Origin: Candidatus Saccharimonadota bacterium
GTDB taxonomy: Bacteria; Patescibacteriota; Saccharimonadia; Saccharimonadales; Saccharimonadaceae
Direction of reading: 5' to 3'
Assembly: GCA_023898645.1 (NCBI GenBank)
Contig: CP060232.1
Coordinates: 540,001 to 572,000 of the forward strand
DNA length: 32,000 nucleotides
Part shown: positions 7,490-17,083 of the stretch, piece after piece
Layout of the letters: the number at the start of each line of letters is the position of its first letter
Numbering within the stretch: the first letter of the stretch is position 1
Made by a program: the position numbers and the translations under genes
Notes under the pieces: model-generated
The model's input: the letters and a program-made list of their open reading frames with translations, nothing else
What the model was told of the DNA's origin: nothing
The model's database searches: none

Positions 7490-10400
7490 ATGTCACGAAT
7501 AGTCCCAGGCACCGGAATCGCTGACTTTGACGCTGTGCGCCTCGCAGTTGCCAGCCCCGAGGATATCCAGAAATGGAGCCACGGTGAAGTTACAAAGCCG
7601 GAAACAATTAACTATCGTACCCAAAAACCTGAACGAGATGGCTTGTTTTGTGAGCGCATTTTCGGACCAGTTAAGGATATCAACCCGCACGACAACAAGC
7701 TAAAGGGCGTACGCTCTCGTGAAGCAGCTGTCGACAAAAACGGCGAATTGGTTACTAAATCAATCGTACGTCGTGAACGCATGGGACACATCACCCTAGC
7801 TGCGCCGGTCGCACACATTTGGTTTATGCGCGGCACTCCGAGTGCAATGAGCCTATTGCTCGGCACGACAGTCCGCAACTTGGAACGAGTCGCATATTTT
7901 GCAAGCTACGTTATTTTGAACGTCGAAACAGAGAAGCGAGACAAGATTCTTGCTGATCTTGAAGCCGAAACTGAAGCTGCACAAGCAGCCATAAAGATTC
8001 GCTACGAAAAAGAAGCTGAAGCTGAAAACGTAGACGTCAAGGAACTTGCAACAAGGCAGTCACGCGAAATTGAAGAGCTTAATGAAAACTACAATATCAA
8101 AAAAGCTCAACTCGATAGCCTCGTAAAGGGTGCTTTGATGAATGAGACTGATTACCGCAACCTACCAGAAGAATACGAAGAACTCGTTACCGTTGGTATG
8201 GGTGGTACGGCTCTAAAAGCGTTGCTAGACGAAATTGACTTGCCAAAACTCATTGCACAACTAACTGAAGAAGTTGCTGGTGCAAAGGGTCAACGAGAAA
8301 AGAAGCTGCTCAAACGTCTTAAGGTACTTGAAGGTATGTATGCCGCAGGCATCAAACCAAGCAGCCTTACTTTGACCATTTTGCCAGTTATCCCACCAGA
8401 CCTTCGTCCGATGGTTCAACTTACTGGTGGTCGTTTCGCAACGAGCGACTTGAACGATCTATATCGCCGAGTCATCAACCGTAACAACCGTCTAAAGAAG
8501 CTAATCGACCTCAACGCGCCGGAAGTTATCCGCCGCAACGAAATGCGTATGCTGCAGGAAGCAGTTGACTCACTGATAGACAACAGCGCCGCTCGTGGCG
8601 GTCGTGCTGTAAACGCAACTGGTGGTCGCCGCCGCCTAAAGAGTATCAGCGACATGCTAAAGGGTAAGCAAGGACGCTTCCGCCAGAACCTTCTTGGTAA
8701 ACGCGTCGACTACTCAGGCCGTTCGGTTATTGTCGTCGGACCAAAGCTCAAAATTAGTGAATGCGGTATACCAAAGCAGATGGCACTCGAATTGTTCAAG
8801 CCATTTGTCATTAGCTGGTTGATCCGTGGCGAACACGCTCATAACATCAGAAGCGCAACTCGTCTTATCGAAGCAGGTGATGCACTCGTTTGGGACGCAT
8901 TAGATGCCGTTATCGAGGGCAAATACGTCCTCCTGAACCGTGCACCTTCATTGCACCGTCTATCAATTCAGGCATTCCAGCCGAAATTGGTCGAAGGCAA
9001 GGCTATCCAGCTACACCCACTTGTTGCCAACGGCTTTAACGCCGACTACGACGGTGACCAGATGGCCGTACACTTGCCACTGAGCAAGGACGCACAGCGT
9101 GAAGCTCGTGAGCTCATGTCTGCAACGAATAACTTGCTGAAACCAGCCGACGGTGCGCCAGTGCTTAACATCGGACAGGACGTGGTTCTTGGTAACTACT
9201 ACCTGACATACGAAAAGCCTAGTGCGCAGACAGATAAGGTACGAGCATTTAGTTCGGTCTACGAAGCTGAAATGGCTTACGACGCCGGCGTCATCCAGCT
9301 ACAGACACCAATTCGTCTCCATGCTAAGGGTGAGATCCGCAATACGACACTCGGCCGAGTATTCTTTAACGAAATCCTACCTGCCGACTATCCGTACGAC
9401 AACAACGTCCAGAGTAAGAAGCAACTCAAGAAGGTTCTTGCTAAGATCTTTGATCGCTACGGCGCTGAAGAAACTGCAAAGACAGCAGACCGCATGAAGG
9501 GTCTTGCGTTCCGCTTTGCGACTATCGCTGCCGTATCGACTGGTAAGGACGATTACATTAACTTTGATCAGATCGACGGGTTCGTTAAGGAAGGTGACGA
9601 GCGAAGTGCTCAGATCTCCGACCAGTTCGACCAAGGTTTGATTACTGACGATGAGCGCTACAACCTTACGGTGGCTGCATGGCGTAACGTTGACCGTAAG
9701 GTTACTGAATTCCTGCAAGACCAGCTTAAGAACATGGATACCAGTATCTCCGTCATGGTTAACTCTGGTGCTCGTGGTGATATTTCAAACGTCAAGCTTG
9801 CAAGCGCCATGATTGGTATCATGGTCGACGCAACGAACCGTGAAATTGAGCTGCCTATCCGTTCAAGCTATAAAGCCGGTCTGTCATCACTGGAAGCCTT
9901 CGTGGCAACCCGTGGTGCGCGTAAGGGTCTTATCGACACCGCGCTTAAGACGGCCGACTCAGGTTACCTGACTAGGCGTTTGGTCGACGTGAGCCAAGAC
10001 GTATTCACTGTCGATGATGACGGTGATGAAGACGAAGGCTTTACGATCTATCGCTCAGAGACTGAGGACACGATGATTGAATTCGCCAACCGCTTGAAGG
10101 GTCGCTACACAGCCAAAGAGGTTGCAGGCCATATTGCTGCCGGTGAGCTCATCACACGTGAAATCGCCGACGCTATTGAGGCAGACGAAAAGGTAGAAAG
10201 TGTCAGCATCAAGTCTGTACTGTCGACCAAAAACCTGCATGGTATTCCACGCAAGAGCTACGGTATAGATATGGCTTCTGGCGAATTAGTTGCCGAAGCA
10301 CAGCCTGTAGGTGTTATCGCCGCGCAGTCTGTCGGTGAGCCAGGTACTCAGCTTACGCTGCGAACCTTCCACGCCGGTGGTGTTGCGGGTGGAGACATCA

Positions 10401-11266
10401 CCCAGGGTCTTCCACGTGTTGAAGAGCTGTTCGAAGCTCGTACACCAAAGGGCCAGGCTTATGTAACTGAAGTTACGGGTTCGGTTGATGTATGGGAAGA
10501 TGGCAAAAAGTACATCGTTCAAGTCACACCTGACAAGGGACATGTCGAAAAAATACCTCTCGAAGACCGAAAAGCCGCAGTCAAAGACGATAGCTACGTT
10601 AAGGCTGGCGACGTACTAGCAAATGGCGACAAAGGAACTAAACCACTTGTTGCACCATTTGACGGTTACGTAGAAGTCAAAAAGACGAGTATCGTACTAT
10701 CGGCAAATGCTACTGCACCTGTCCGCTACGAAATTCCAGGCAACACACAGTTAGTTGTGAAGGCTAGCGATCACGTAGTAGCAGGCGATCGTCTAACAAT
10801 CGGCTCACTCAATCTGCACGATTTGATGCGCTTGAAGGGCGAAGAAGCTACTCAGCGCTACATAATCAACGAAGTGCTGCGCATCTACGCCGCACAGGGT
10901 CAAGACGTTGCTGACAAGCACCTCGAGATCATCGTGCGTCAGATGTTTAGCCGTGTACAGATTGAAGATCCAGTCGAAAGCGAATTCGTCACAGGCGATA
11001 TCGTTTCAAAGGCAGCGGTTGTTGAAGCAAACAAAAATCTTTCCCTGCAAGGTAAAGACACTGTTAAATACACACAGCTACTCCTCGGTATCACAAAGGT
11101 TTCCATCTGGAGCGACAGCTGGCTATCAGCCGCTTCCTTCCAGGACACGACCCGCGTGCTTATCAACGCAGCCACCAGCGGCCGCGCTGATCACCTCCAC
11201 GGTTTGAAGGAAAACGTCATTATCGGCCGAAAGATTCCGGTCGGTACGGGCGCTGCCTCATACTAA
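7490..11266 (+). CDS. rpoC: DNA-directed RNA polymerase subunit beta'
   Basis: The catalytic NADYDGDQM motif and bridge-helix/trigger-loop regions are present. It begins 2 nt after the rpoB stop, with GGAGGAGG inside the end of rpoB. Confidence 0.97.
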   Translation: MSRIVPGTGIADFDAVRLAVASPEDIQKWSHGEVTKPETINYRTQKPERDGLFCERIFGPVKDINPHDNKLKGVRSREAAVDKNGELVTKSIVRRERMGHITLAAPVAHIWFMRGTPSAMSLLLGTTVRNLERVAYFASYVILNVETEKRDKILADLEAETEAAQAAIKIRYEKEAEAENVDVKELATRQSREIEELNENYNIKKAQLDSLVKGALMNETDYRNLPEEYEELVTVGMGGTALKALLDEIDLPKLIAQLTEEVAGAKGQREKKLLKRLKVLEGMYAAGIKPSSLTLTILPVIPPDLRPMVQLTGGRFATSDLNDLYRRVINRNNRLKKLIDLNAPEVIRRNEMRMLQEAVDSLIDNSAARGGRAVNATGGRRRLKSISDMLKGKQGRFRQNLLGKRVDYSGRSVIVVGPKLKISECGIPKQMALELFKPFVISWLIRGEHAHNIRSATRLIEAGDALVWDALDAVIEGKYVLLNRAPSLHRLSIQAFQPKLVEGKAIQLHPLVANGFNADYDGDQMAVHLPLSKDAQREARELMSATNNLLKPADGAPVLNIGQDVVLGNYYLTYEKPSAQTDKVRAFSSVYEAEMAYDAGVIQLQTPIRLHAKGEIRNTTLGRVFFNEILPADYPYDNNVQSKKQLKKVLAKIFDRYGAEETAKTADRMKGLAFRFATIAAVSTGKDDYINFDQIDGFVKEGDERSAQISDQFDQGLITDDERYNLTVAAWRNVDRKVTEFLQDQLKNMDTSISVMVNSGARGDISNVKLASAMIGIMVDATNREIELPIRSSYKAGLSSLEAFVATRGARKGLIDTALKTADSGYLTRRLVDVSQDVFTVDDDGDEDEGFTIYRSETEDTMIEFANRLKGRYTAKEVAGHIAAGELITREIADAIEADEKVESVSIKSVLSTKNLHGIPRKSYGIDMASGELVAEAQPVGVIAAQSVGEPGTQLTLRTFHAGGVAGGDITQGLPRVEELFEARTPKGQAYVTEVTGSVDVWEDGKKYIVQVTPDKGHVEKIPLEDRKAAVKDDSYVKAGDVLANGDKGTKPLVAPFDGYVEVKKTSIVLSANATAPVRYEIPGNTQLVVKASDHVVAGDRLTIGSLNLHDLMRLKGEEATQRYIINEVLRIYAAQGQDVADKHLEIIVRQMFSRVQIEDPVESEFVTGDIVSKAAVVEANKNLSLQGKDTVKYTQLLLGITKVSIWSDSWLSAASFQDTTRVLINAATSGRADHLHGLKENVIIGRKIPVGTGAASY

Positions 11267-11348
11267 GCTACGTCTGAGGCTGCTCACGACATAGTAGAGG
11301 AAATCGCAGAAGACCTCGATCTCAACGATTAGTAGGGTACGATACAAT

Positions 11349-11383
11349 GAAAACCCCCGCCAGTGTTGTGCGGGGGTTTTCTT
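11349..11383. terminator. Bidirectional rho-independent terminator
   Basis: AAAACCCCCGC / GCGGGGGTTTT: the stem pairs 11354-11360 with 11370-11376, flanked by an A-tract and a T-tract. It sits between the convergent rpoC and the minus-strand gene ending at 11403. Confidence 0.85.
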
Positions 11384-11402
11384 GTAGAACTAAATACGCG
11401 CG

Positions 11403-12365
11403 CTAAAGTGTCGAATTAACTTTGCGAACGTTATCATAGCACTTAATTCCAGCAAAAGCCTTTTTAAGGACACTTGTGTCATAAGAAGAACAGAACGGAA
11501 CACCTTGTGTAACTGTAAAGATTGTCCAGTCCTTGCCTGGTTCCATGTAGTACAAGCCCTGGAAGCTTCCGCTAAATTCATTTTTGTTTTCCTGATAGAC
11601 AATTGCATACTGGTACCCGTCGGCGCCCTTAGCAAGAGTAGGCACGCCAAGCACTACATTGTTGACTGATTTTTTAGTACCGGCCACGTAGGCGTCATAA
11701 AAGGGCTGAAGGGCATTTGCCGCATCCGTGTAGCTACTCTTGTCTGCACACCCTATGCCGACAACGTAGTTCTTGACAGTGGTTTGTGTTGCGTCAGCAT
11801 CAAAAATTGCACAACGAATCTGATTAGACTCGTAAATTCCGTACCAATCGTAAGTGACAATGTCTTTATTGTCCGATATAGGCCCAGTCTGGTCTCTAGA
11901 CGAAGTTACAAATGTGAAGTTATTTTTATTAAAGAAACTCTCCAGCGCTTGATAATTTCTCTTTGCCGTTTCCGAGTCACTTATATAACCCGCACCAGCT
12001 CCACTTGCGGGAAAGGCTTTAAATTTTTTCCCAGAAGGCTGAAGGGTAGGTAAACCGTACGCCCAAAAGCCCGTTGATGTCCTGCCACCCATTCCATCTG
12101 CAATTGTAATATCTTGATTTTTACCTTTAAGATTAATTCTCGCCTGATCAACAAGATTTTGAGCAGAAGGAAACTGAGTTGCTGACTTTTTTGAGTCAGA
12201 TGAATTCTTAACTGTATTAAGTATTCCGTACATGGAATATGCAGATATCATTAAAGCAACTAAAACGATGCCTGCAAAAAACAACCAATGACGCCATTTA
12301 TTTTCCAATCCATCATGGCCAGTTGGCTGACTACCGGTCGCAGACTGCTTTAATTTGTCATCCAT
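11403..12365 (-). CDS. Membrane-anchored extracytoplasmic protein, unknown family (paralog A of 15354..16469)
   Basis: A single N-terminal TM span is present (WLFFAGIVLVALMISAYSMYGIL). The C-terminal ~250 aa aligns with the protein at 15354..16469: LQPFYDAYVAG vs LQPFYDAYVAS, GCADKSSY vs SCADLSSY, and CSSYDTSVLKKAFAGIKCYD vs CDWLTTDTMKKAFNGQPCYD. Four Cys are conserved. Confidence 0.75.
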   Translation of the reverse strand: MDDKLKQSATGSQPTGHDGLENKWRHWLFFAGIVLVALMISAYSMYGILNTVKNSSDSKKSATQFPSAQNLVDQARINLKGKNQDITIADGMGGRTSTGFWAYGLPTLQPSGKKFKAFPASGAGAGYISDSETAKRNYQALESFFNKNNFTFVTSSRDQTGPISDNKDIVTYDWYGIYESNQIRCAIFDADATQTTVKNYVVGIGCADKSSYTDAANALQPFYDAYVAGTKKSVNNVVLGVPTLAKGADGYQYAIVYQENKNEFSGSFQGLYYMEPGKDWTIFTVTQGVPFCSSYDTSVLKKAFAGIKCYDNVRKVNSTL

Positions 12366-12444
12366 TGCTTGAAGTGCCTCGTTATGTTTGTACTCATAGT
12401 TAAAATTACTATGCTTAAGGTTTTAGCGCAACTATCTACGGTGT

Positions 12445-12472
12445 TTGCAAATCCATTTCGCTTATGTACAAT
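12445..12472 (+). promoter_or_regulatory. Candidate promoter of the RCC1-repeat gene: TTGCAA, 16 nt spacer, TACAAT
   Basis: TTGCAA is at 12445-12450 and TACAAT at 12467-12472, upstream of AGGAGG (12506-12511) and the GTG start at 12521. Confidence 0.45.
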
Positions 12473-12520
12473 ATGCACATAGGGTGAAGAGGCGAGAACT
12501 CATTTAGGAGGTGATACCGC

Positions 12521-15295
12521 GTGGGATATAAAAATAGTAAGTCTAGTGCGATTAATGGTTGGATTCGTGGCTTCGTTACATACATAATGGTCGTCAGTAC
12601 GTTAGCTACTCCGATATCGACTTTCTTGAGTAGCAGTGCGGCTGCAGCAAATTCGGACGTTTTACAGGTCTCGACAGGACAAACAACTGCCTGTGCGGTT
12701 GTTGATTTCAAAGCATATTGCTGGGGAGATAATACATATGGTCAGCTCGGCACTGGTAGGGCATATAGCAGCAACATGCAGACAAAACCCGTTGCGGTAG
12801 CTGTAAACAAAAATGCCGTGTCAGTCGGATCAAGCGTATGCTCTTTCAACTTGCTGGGCGCCTGTCTTGCTTCACAGGGCACATCATCGATACCCGCTAG
12901 TCCATTAGCCGGTCTCGAGGTAGATAAAGTTAGCGTTGGAAAAACGCATGTATGCGCCTTGGCCGAAGGCAAAGTATTTTGCTGGGGTGACAATAGCCAC
13001 GGTCAGCTTGGTAATAGGTCTAACACGAGTTCATCAATACCGGTTGCTGTCGATACAAGCGCAACAGACTATACGCCTCCTGTCGTCAAAAAAACGTGTG
13101 GCGTATGGCCTTTTCAGTATAGTTGCGACGAGATACGGCCAACACAGCCAAGAAGTAATCTGAGCGGCAAAATCGTCGTAGATATAGCGGCCGGTGATTA
13201 TTTCACGTGCGCGTTGACGAACGACGGCAAGGTGTCTTGTTGGGGTTATGGAGCCGATGGTCGCCTAGGCCTGAATGGCGACACAACAACTCCGACTGCA
13301 CCTGTAAGTTCAGGTAGCCCTACAATAAAGCCGTCCACCCCAACTCCCATTCCTACTCCAACTCCAACTCCAACGCCAATCTCCACCCGGACTCCTACTC
13401 CAACCCCAGTACCTTCTAGTCGTGTAGGCGGCAATTCAAACACCAATACTAGTAATCGTACGCCCCAATCTACTCCTAGGCCAACTCCAAGGCCGTCTAG
13501 TAGTCCCGCCAAAGTAACGACAAGCAATGTCGAGGCAGAGATTATGAGTCTATATCAAGAAGGCGGAAGTTCGGTAGTTAGTGACAGCGCTGCATCTGGC
13601 GGTAAAGCTGTACGCATGACTTCAAACTCCACTAGTTCTACTGCTGCTCAAACCGGTACTTTAGAAAAAGTAAGCGTACGTGCGCGCGGGGATCAATGTC
13701 TTGGCGCACCGAATGTGCAGGTCAAGGTTGACGGCAAGGTTATCGGAACGCAATCTGTTTCTGCGACGAGTTGGAAGGATTATAGTTTTCCTGTAACACT
13801 CAGCTCGGGTAACCACAGGTTGGATGTAAGTTTTACAAATCAATTCAGTTTAAATCTATTGTTCTGGAAAGTCTGCACCAGAGCTCTCTATCTAGACAAA
13901 GCGTCATTCACTTCTTCTTCCACGGCCGCATCCGTAGAGCATAGTGACAGCAATAAATATGCACTTTCCGGAGCAAACCTTACGAATAATCAACTAGCGC
14001 AGACTACTGAAGCGTCGAATGCTCCCGTCGTTCGTCTAGCAAAAGCTTCGTCGAGCCGCTCAAGCACGAGCACTCCTACTCCGACACCGCCCGTGAATTC
14101 AAACAGTAGGACAAGTTCGGGGAGTAATGGCCGCTCGAGTACTACTGGAAATACCACTACCGATACGGCGGTTAAACCAGTAAGTTACAACGATTACAGT
14201 TACCCTAAGGCAGTTTTTGCGACGTCTGGATCCGCCCTCGCAGGTAAGTGGGGCTTGCAGCTTGCTAGGGTTTCAGGCGGTACTATGTGCGTTTTGGCCG
14301 TACAAAGTACGACACAGCCTGATACGGCCGTCGGCAATCCGTACTGCTGGGGGCGAGGTATCAGCGAAAGCGGCATTCCTGAGCCAAGTGTTAATACTGT
14401 AGCATGTAGTAAAACCTCGCCGACAACTATGCCGAGCAACTCGTCTAACACGACGTATCTTAGCACTTCAAGGCCAGTCGAGATTTCTGATTCGCAGCTG
14501 TTTTCAGCACTCGACAGCAGCGGATACGTGACCGGTCTCAGCAAAAGTGGAAAACCGTATTATTGGGGTATGTACGGATATCGCGCTGTTGAATCATACG
14601 GTTCGAAGAAAACCTGTCACTTTAATTCATGCGTGAGCTACACGACTAACGCCATACTAGCGTCCTATAGCACCAACGGTACACGAACTGTAAGTACTGG
14701 TAGCGGGTCAGTTACGCCTCACTATCAAGGAACGGCTAGTCCGGGCACGGTAGCTGGCGGCAATACCTCGGGCGGCCATATAGGCGGCGGTAACAATAAC
14801 GGAGGGAGCGCTCAGTGTATTTCAGTCACGCATGTCGGCTATACAAAAACGATTGACTATGTGCCTGTAGGCACCATGTCTCCTACTGTGCCGGCTATGA
14901 ATTTCCTTACGCAAAGCACCTTAAGCTACACGTCCGGGAATGTACGCGACGGCCTATTCTGCGCAACAAATGACACAGCGACATACTGCGATGCAAATGG
15001 ATCAAGTATGAATGAGGGTCAAACTGGGAGTAGCTACACGCAAAGTTGTACGACAACAACTACTCTCCTTGTCTTTAAAAATACCACCTGCAAACCGTCG
15101 CCAACCGGGCCACAAAAGGTGTACGCAGCTGGCTGGTTGTCTGATAAGCACGTGCAGATGCTCGACACTGGCACAAGCGGCTACACCTGTGCAATCGCAG
15201 ATGGTTCGCTAGGGTGCTGGGGTGTAAACACAGTAGGACAGCTAGGCTCAGGCGATACAAAGAACAAAAACGTACCAACTGAAGTTACGTTTTAA
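12521..15295 (+). CDS. Large secreted mosaic protein: RCC1-like repeats, PT linker, CBM-like beta-sandwich domain, S/T linker, then degenerate RCC1-like repeats
   Basis: The GTG start lies 9 nt after AGGAGG, and the N-terminus has a hydrophobic signal/anchor (FVTYIMVVSTLATPISTFLSSSAAAA). RCC1 signatures are CWGDNTYGQLGTG, CWGDNSHGQLGN, CWGYGADGRLGLNG and C-terminal CWGVNTVGQLGSGDT. A PTPTPTPTP linker follows the first repeats. The central segment ARGDQCLGAPNVQVKVDGKVIG...SGNHRLDVSFTNQ...CTRALYLDK resembles, from memory, a carbohydrate-binding-module family common in actinobacterial secreted proteins. Confidence 0.85.
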   Translation: MGYKNSKSSAINGWIRGFVTYIMVVSTLATPISTFLSSSAAAANSDVLQVSTGQTTACAVVDFKAYCWGDNTYGQLGTGRAYSSNMQTKPVAVAVNKNAVSVGSSVCSFNLLGACLASQGTSSIPASPLAGLEVDKVSVGKTHVCALAEGKVFCWGDNSHGQLGNRSNTSSSIPVAVDTSATDYTPPVVKKTCGVWPFQYSCDEIRPTQPRSNLSGKIVVDIAAGDYFTCALTNDGKVSCWGYGADGRLGLNGDTTTPTAPVSSGSPTIKPSTPTPIPTPTPTPTPISTRTPTPTPVPSSRVGGNSNTNTSNRTPQSTPRPTPRPSSSPAKVTTSNVEAEIMSLYQEGGSSVVSDSAASGGKAVRMTSNSTSSTAAQTGTLEKVSVRARGDQCLGAPNVQVKVDGKVIGTQSVSATSWKDYSFPVTLSSGNHRLDVSFTNQFSLNLLFWKVCTRALYLDKASFTSSSTAASVEHSDSNKYALSGANLTNNQLAQTTEASNAPVVRLAKASSSRSSTSTPTPTPPVNSNSRTSSGSNGRSSTTGNTTTDTAVKPVSYNDYSYPKAVFATSGSALAGKWGLQLARVSGGTMCVLAVQSTTQPDTAVGNPYCWGRGISESGIPEPSVNTVACSKTSPTTMPSNSSNTTYLSTSRPVEISDSQLFSALDSSGYVTGLSKSGKPYYWGMYGYRAVESYGSKKTCHFNSCVSYTTNAILASYSTNGTRTVSTGSGSVTPHYQGTASPGTVAGGNTSGGHIGGGNNNGGSAQCISVTHVGYTKTIDYVPVGTMSPTVPAMNFLTQSTLSYTSGNVRDGLFCATNDTATYCDANGSSMNEGQTGSSYTQSCTTTTTLLVFKNTTCKPSPTGPQKVYAAGWLSDKHVQMLDTGTSGYTCAIADGSLGCWGVNTVGQLGSGDTKNKNVPTEVTF
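13331..13414 (+). repeat. Degenerate ACTCCA-type hexanucleotide repeat encoding the Pro/Thr linker
   Basis: The tract ccgtccaccccaactcccattcctactccaactccaactccaacgcca...actcctactccaaccccagtacct encodes PSTPTPIPTPTPTPTPISTRTPTPTPVP. Confidence 0.8.
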
Positions 15296-15310
15296 ACGGC
15301 GCATAAAATG

Positions 15311-15344
15311 AAAAGTCCCCGCCTGAGTGCGGGGACAATTTTTT
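15311..15344. terminator. Bidirectional rho-independent terminator
   Basis: AAAA, then GTCCCCGC (15315-15322), loop CTGAGT, then GCGGGGAC (15329-15336), then AATTTTTT. It lies between convergent genes. Confidence 0.85.
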
Positions 15345-15353
15345 GATCTGTTG

Positions 15354-16469
15354 TTATGCTGAAACTATAGATTGTTTCTTAGTGGTTGAATCGTAGCACG
15401 GCTGGCCATTAAATGCCTTCTTCATAGTATCTGTAGTGAGCCAGTCACAATATAGTCCGTCTTGGGACGATCGAACATATGTCCAATCTCTGCCGGCCTC
15501 TTGGTAGAAGAAGCCTTCCGAGCTGTCAAACGGCGATCCGACAGTGCTGATTCCTAGGCTGGCGTTCATGTAGCCATCCATCCCGTCATTAGTCGCGAGA
15601 GGCGCTTTCAGATACGTTGCAGGGCCGCCTGCAGGCTTCACGCTAGCGACGTAGGCATCGTAAAAGGGCTGCAACACCGTAGAAGCTGCCTCGTAACTTG
15701 AAAGGTCGGCACACGATATGCTTGCCATATCAGCATCATCTGCCGTAGATTTTGTCGAATGCGTATATTTTATCTGGCATAAAACTTTCGTCGAGAGATA
15801 CACCAATTCTTGATCCGGTTCAGTAATGAGTGCTGCGTATGGCTCATCCTTCATTTGCGAAAAGCCTTCGTCCTCTAGATAACTTTGTAATGCCGAAAAA
15901 TCAGACTTTGCAACACTGGCTAAGCCCAGAGTACCTGTGCCGTATACGTTTAATGGATCATTTGCGAACTTTTTACCGTCAATTTGATAGGGGTAAGCGC
16001 CGTAAACATTGACGCCTCCGTCAGTTTCGCCGCTCGTTTTATCAGACTTTACGATTGGTGCAATCTTTCCTTGCAGTTTGAGGTCTTTCACTGAAGATAC
16101 AATGTTCTCGGCACTTATAGATGGAGTGGGTGAAGGACTAGAAGTTGCGACCGTCTGTACTTTGGCCTCGTCCTTTGGCTTATTTAAAATGCCAGCGTAG
16201 TAGTAAACGCCATCAGCAATGACAAATAAAGCCAAAACTAGCAACGCCCAAAGCCATGGAGTCTTTTTATTTTTCGGTTCGACGATTGGCAGCTGAATAG
16301 GCCTTATGGGTTCGGTAGTTTCCGACTGCTCTGACTCTATACTGACGCTGTCCTCTACCGATGAAGACGACTCCGTTTCGGCAGTCTGAGCATCCCTTTG
16401 ATTAGTGACTGGTTCTATCCCTGTGTTTTCTGGTGTATTGTCCAGTGATTCCTCGGGCTTATTTTCCAT
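15354..16469 (-). CDS. Membrane-anchored extracytoplasmic protein, unknown family (paralog C of 11403..12365)
   Basis: The acidic/Ser-rich N-terminal ~75 aa is followed by one TM span (PWLWALLVLALFVIADGVYYYAGIL). The remaining domain is homologous to 11403..12365, as detailed for that feature. Confidence 0.75.
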   Translation of the reverse strand: MENKPEESLDNTPENTGIEPVTNQRDAQTAETESSSSVEDSVSIESEQSETTEPIRPIQLPIVEPKNKKTPWLWALLVLALFVIADGVYYYAGILNKPKDEAKVQTVATSSPSPTPSISAENIVSSVKDLKLQGKIAPIVKSDKTSGETDGGVNVYGAYPYQIDGKKFANDPLNVYGTGTLGLASVAKSDFSALQSYLEDEGFSQMKDEPYAALITEPDQELVYLSTKVLCQIKYTHSTKSTADDADMASISCADLSSYEAASTVLQPFYDAYVASVKPAGGPATYLKAPLATNDGMDGYMNASLGISTVGSPFDSSEGFFYQEAGRDWTYVRSSQDGLYCDWLTTDTMKKAFNGQPCYDSTTKKQSIVSA

Positions 16470-16546
16470 ATTTTTCCTGTATTTTTTGTTTTTTAGCGTT
16501 TACATACAGTATATCGCTCTTATGCTCTATAGGCAAGCATCCAGAC

Positions 16547-16575
16547 TGGACAGAATGGTAATTTTTTGCTAATAT
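16547..16575 (+). promoter_or_regulatory. rpsL-rpsG promoter: TGGACA, 17 nt spacer, extended -10 TGcTAATAT
   Basis: TGGACA is at 16547-16552, TG at 16567-16568 and TAATAT at 16570-16575. An ~85 nt leader follows, with two hairpins (16590-16606 and 16608-16633). Confidence 0.5.
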
Positions 16576-16667
16576 AACAGGTGAGTTTCATCCTGCTCGA
16601 CAGGATACGGTACGGGATGCTGACCCGCACCGCTACATTTTTAGAAAACTAAGGAGTATTTTTATAC

Positions 16668-17081
16668 ATGCCTACCATTAATCAATTGGTGCGAAAGCCT
16701 CGCAAGACCGCCGGAAAGAAGACTAAATCACCGGCTCTTGGACGCATTCATAACGCCCTCAAAGTGCGTTACTACAACCAAGACTCACCGCTTAAGCGCG
16801 GCGTCTGTGTCAAAGTGACCACTAAAACACCAAAGAAGCCAAACTCGGCTCTTCGTAAGGTCGCACGTGTGCGCCTAACGAATGGTCACGAAGTCTGGGC
16901 ATACATTGGTGGTGAAGGCCACAACCTACAGGAGCACGCTGTAGTTCTCGTACGTGGTGGACGCGTGCCAGACCTTCCAGGTGTTCGTTACCACATCGTT
17001 CGCGGTGCACTCGACCTTCAGGGTGTTCAAAAGCGCAAAAAAGGCCGTAGTAAGTACGGTGCTAAGAAGGAGGACAAGTAG
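16668..17081 (+). CDS. rpsL: 30S ribosomal protein S12
   Basis: [13 protein letters not shown]..., [17 protein letters not shown] and [33 protein letters not shown] are present. AAGGAG lies upstream. Confidence 0.97.
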   Translation: MPTINQLVRKPRKTAGKKTKSPALGRIHNALKVRYYNQDSPLKRGVCVKVTTKTPKKPNSALRKVARVRLTNGHEVWAYIGGEGHNLQEHAVVLVRGGRVPDLPGVRYHIVRGALDLQGVQKRKKGRSKYGAKKEDK

Positions 17082-17083
17082 AA

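Noticed and set aside
4507-11207. Numerous 60-113 aa antisense or out-of-frame ORFs inside rpoB and rpoC. Similar ones occur inside fusA, tuf, hisS and the RCC1 gene.
   Set aside because: They are fully embedded in strongly supported conserved genes, lack an RBS, and have the low-complexity Ser/Arg/Leu-rich composition typical of shadow ORFs.
11403-16469. A diversity-generating retroelement (TR/VR pair) or phase-variation switch involving the two paralogs.
   Set aside because: Nucleotide similarity between the paralogs is only at the level expected from protein conservation, for example ACGTAGGCaTCgTAAAAGGGCTG versus ACGTAGGCgTCaTAAAAGGGCTG. There is no reverse transcriptase, no long near-identical repeat, and no invertible-promoter repeats.
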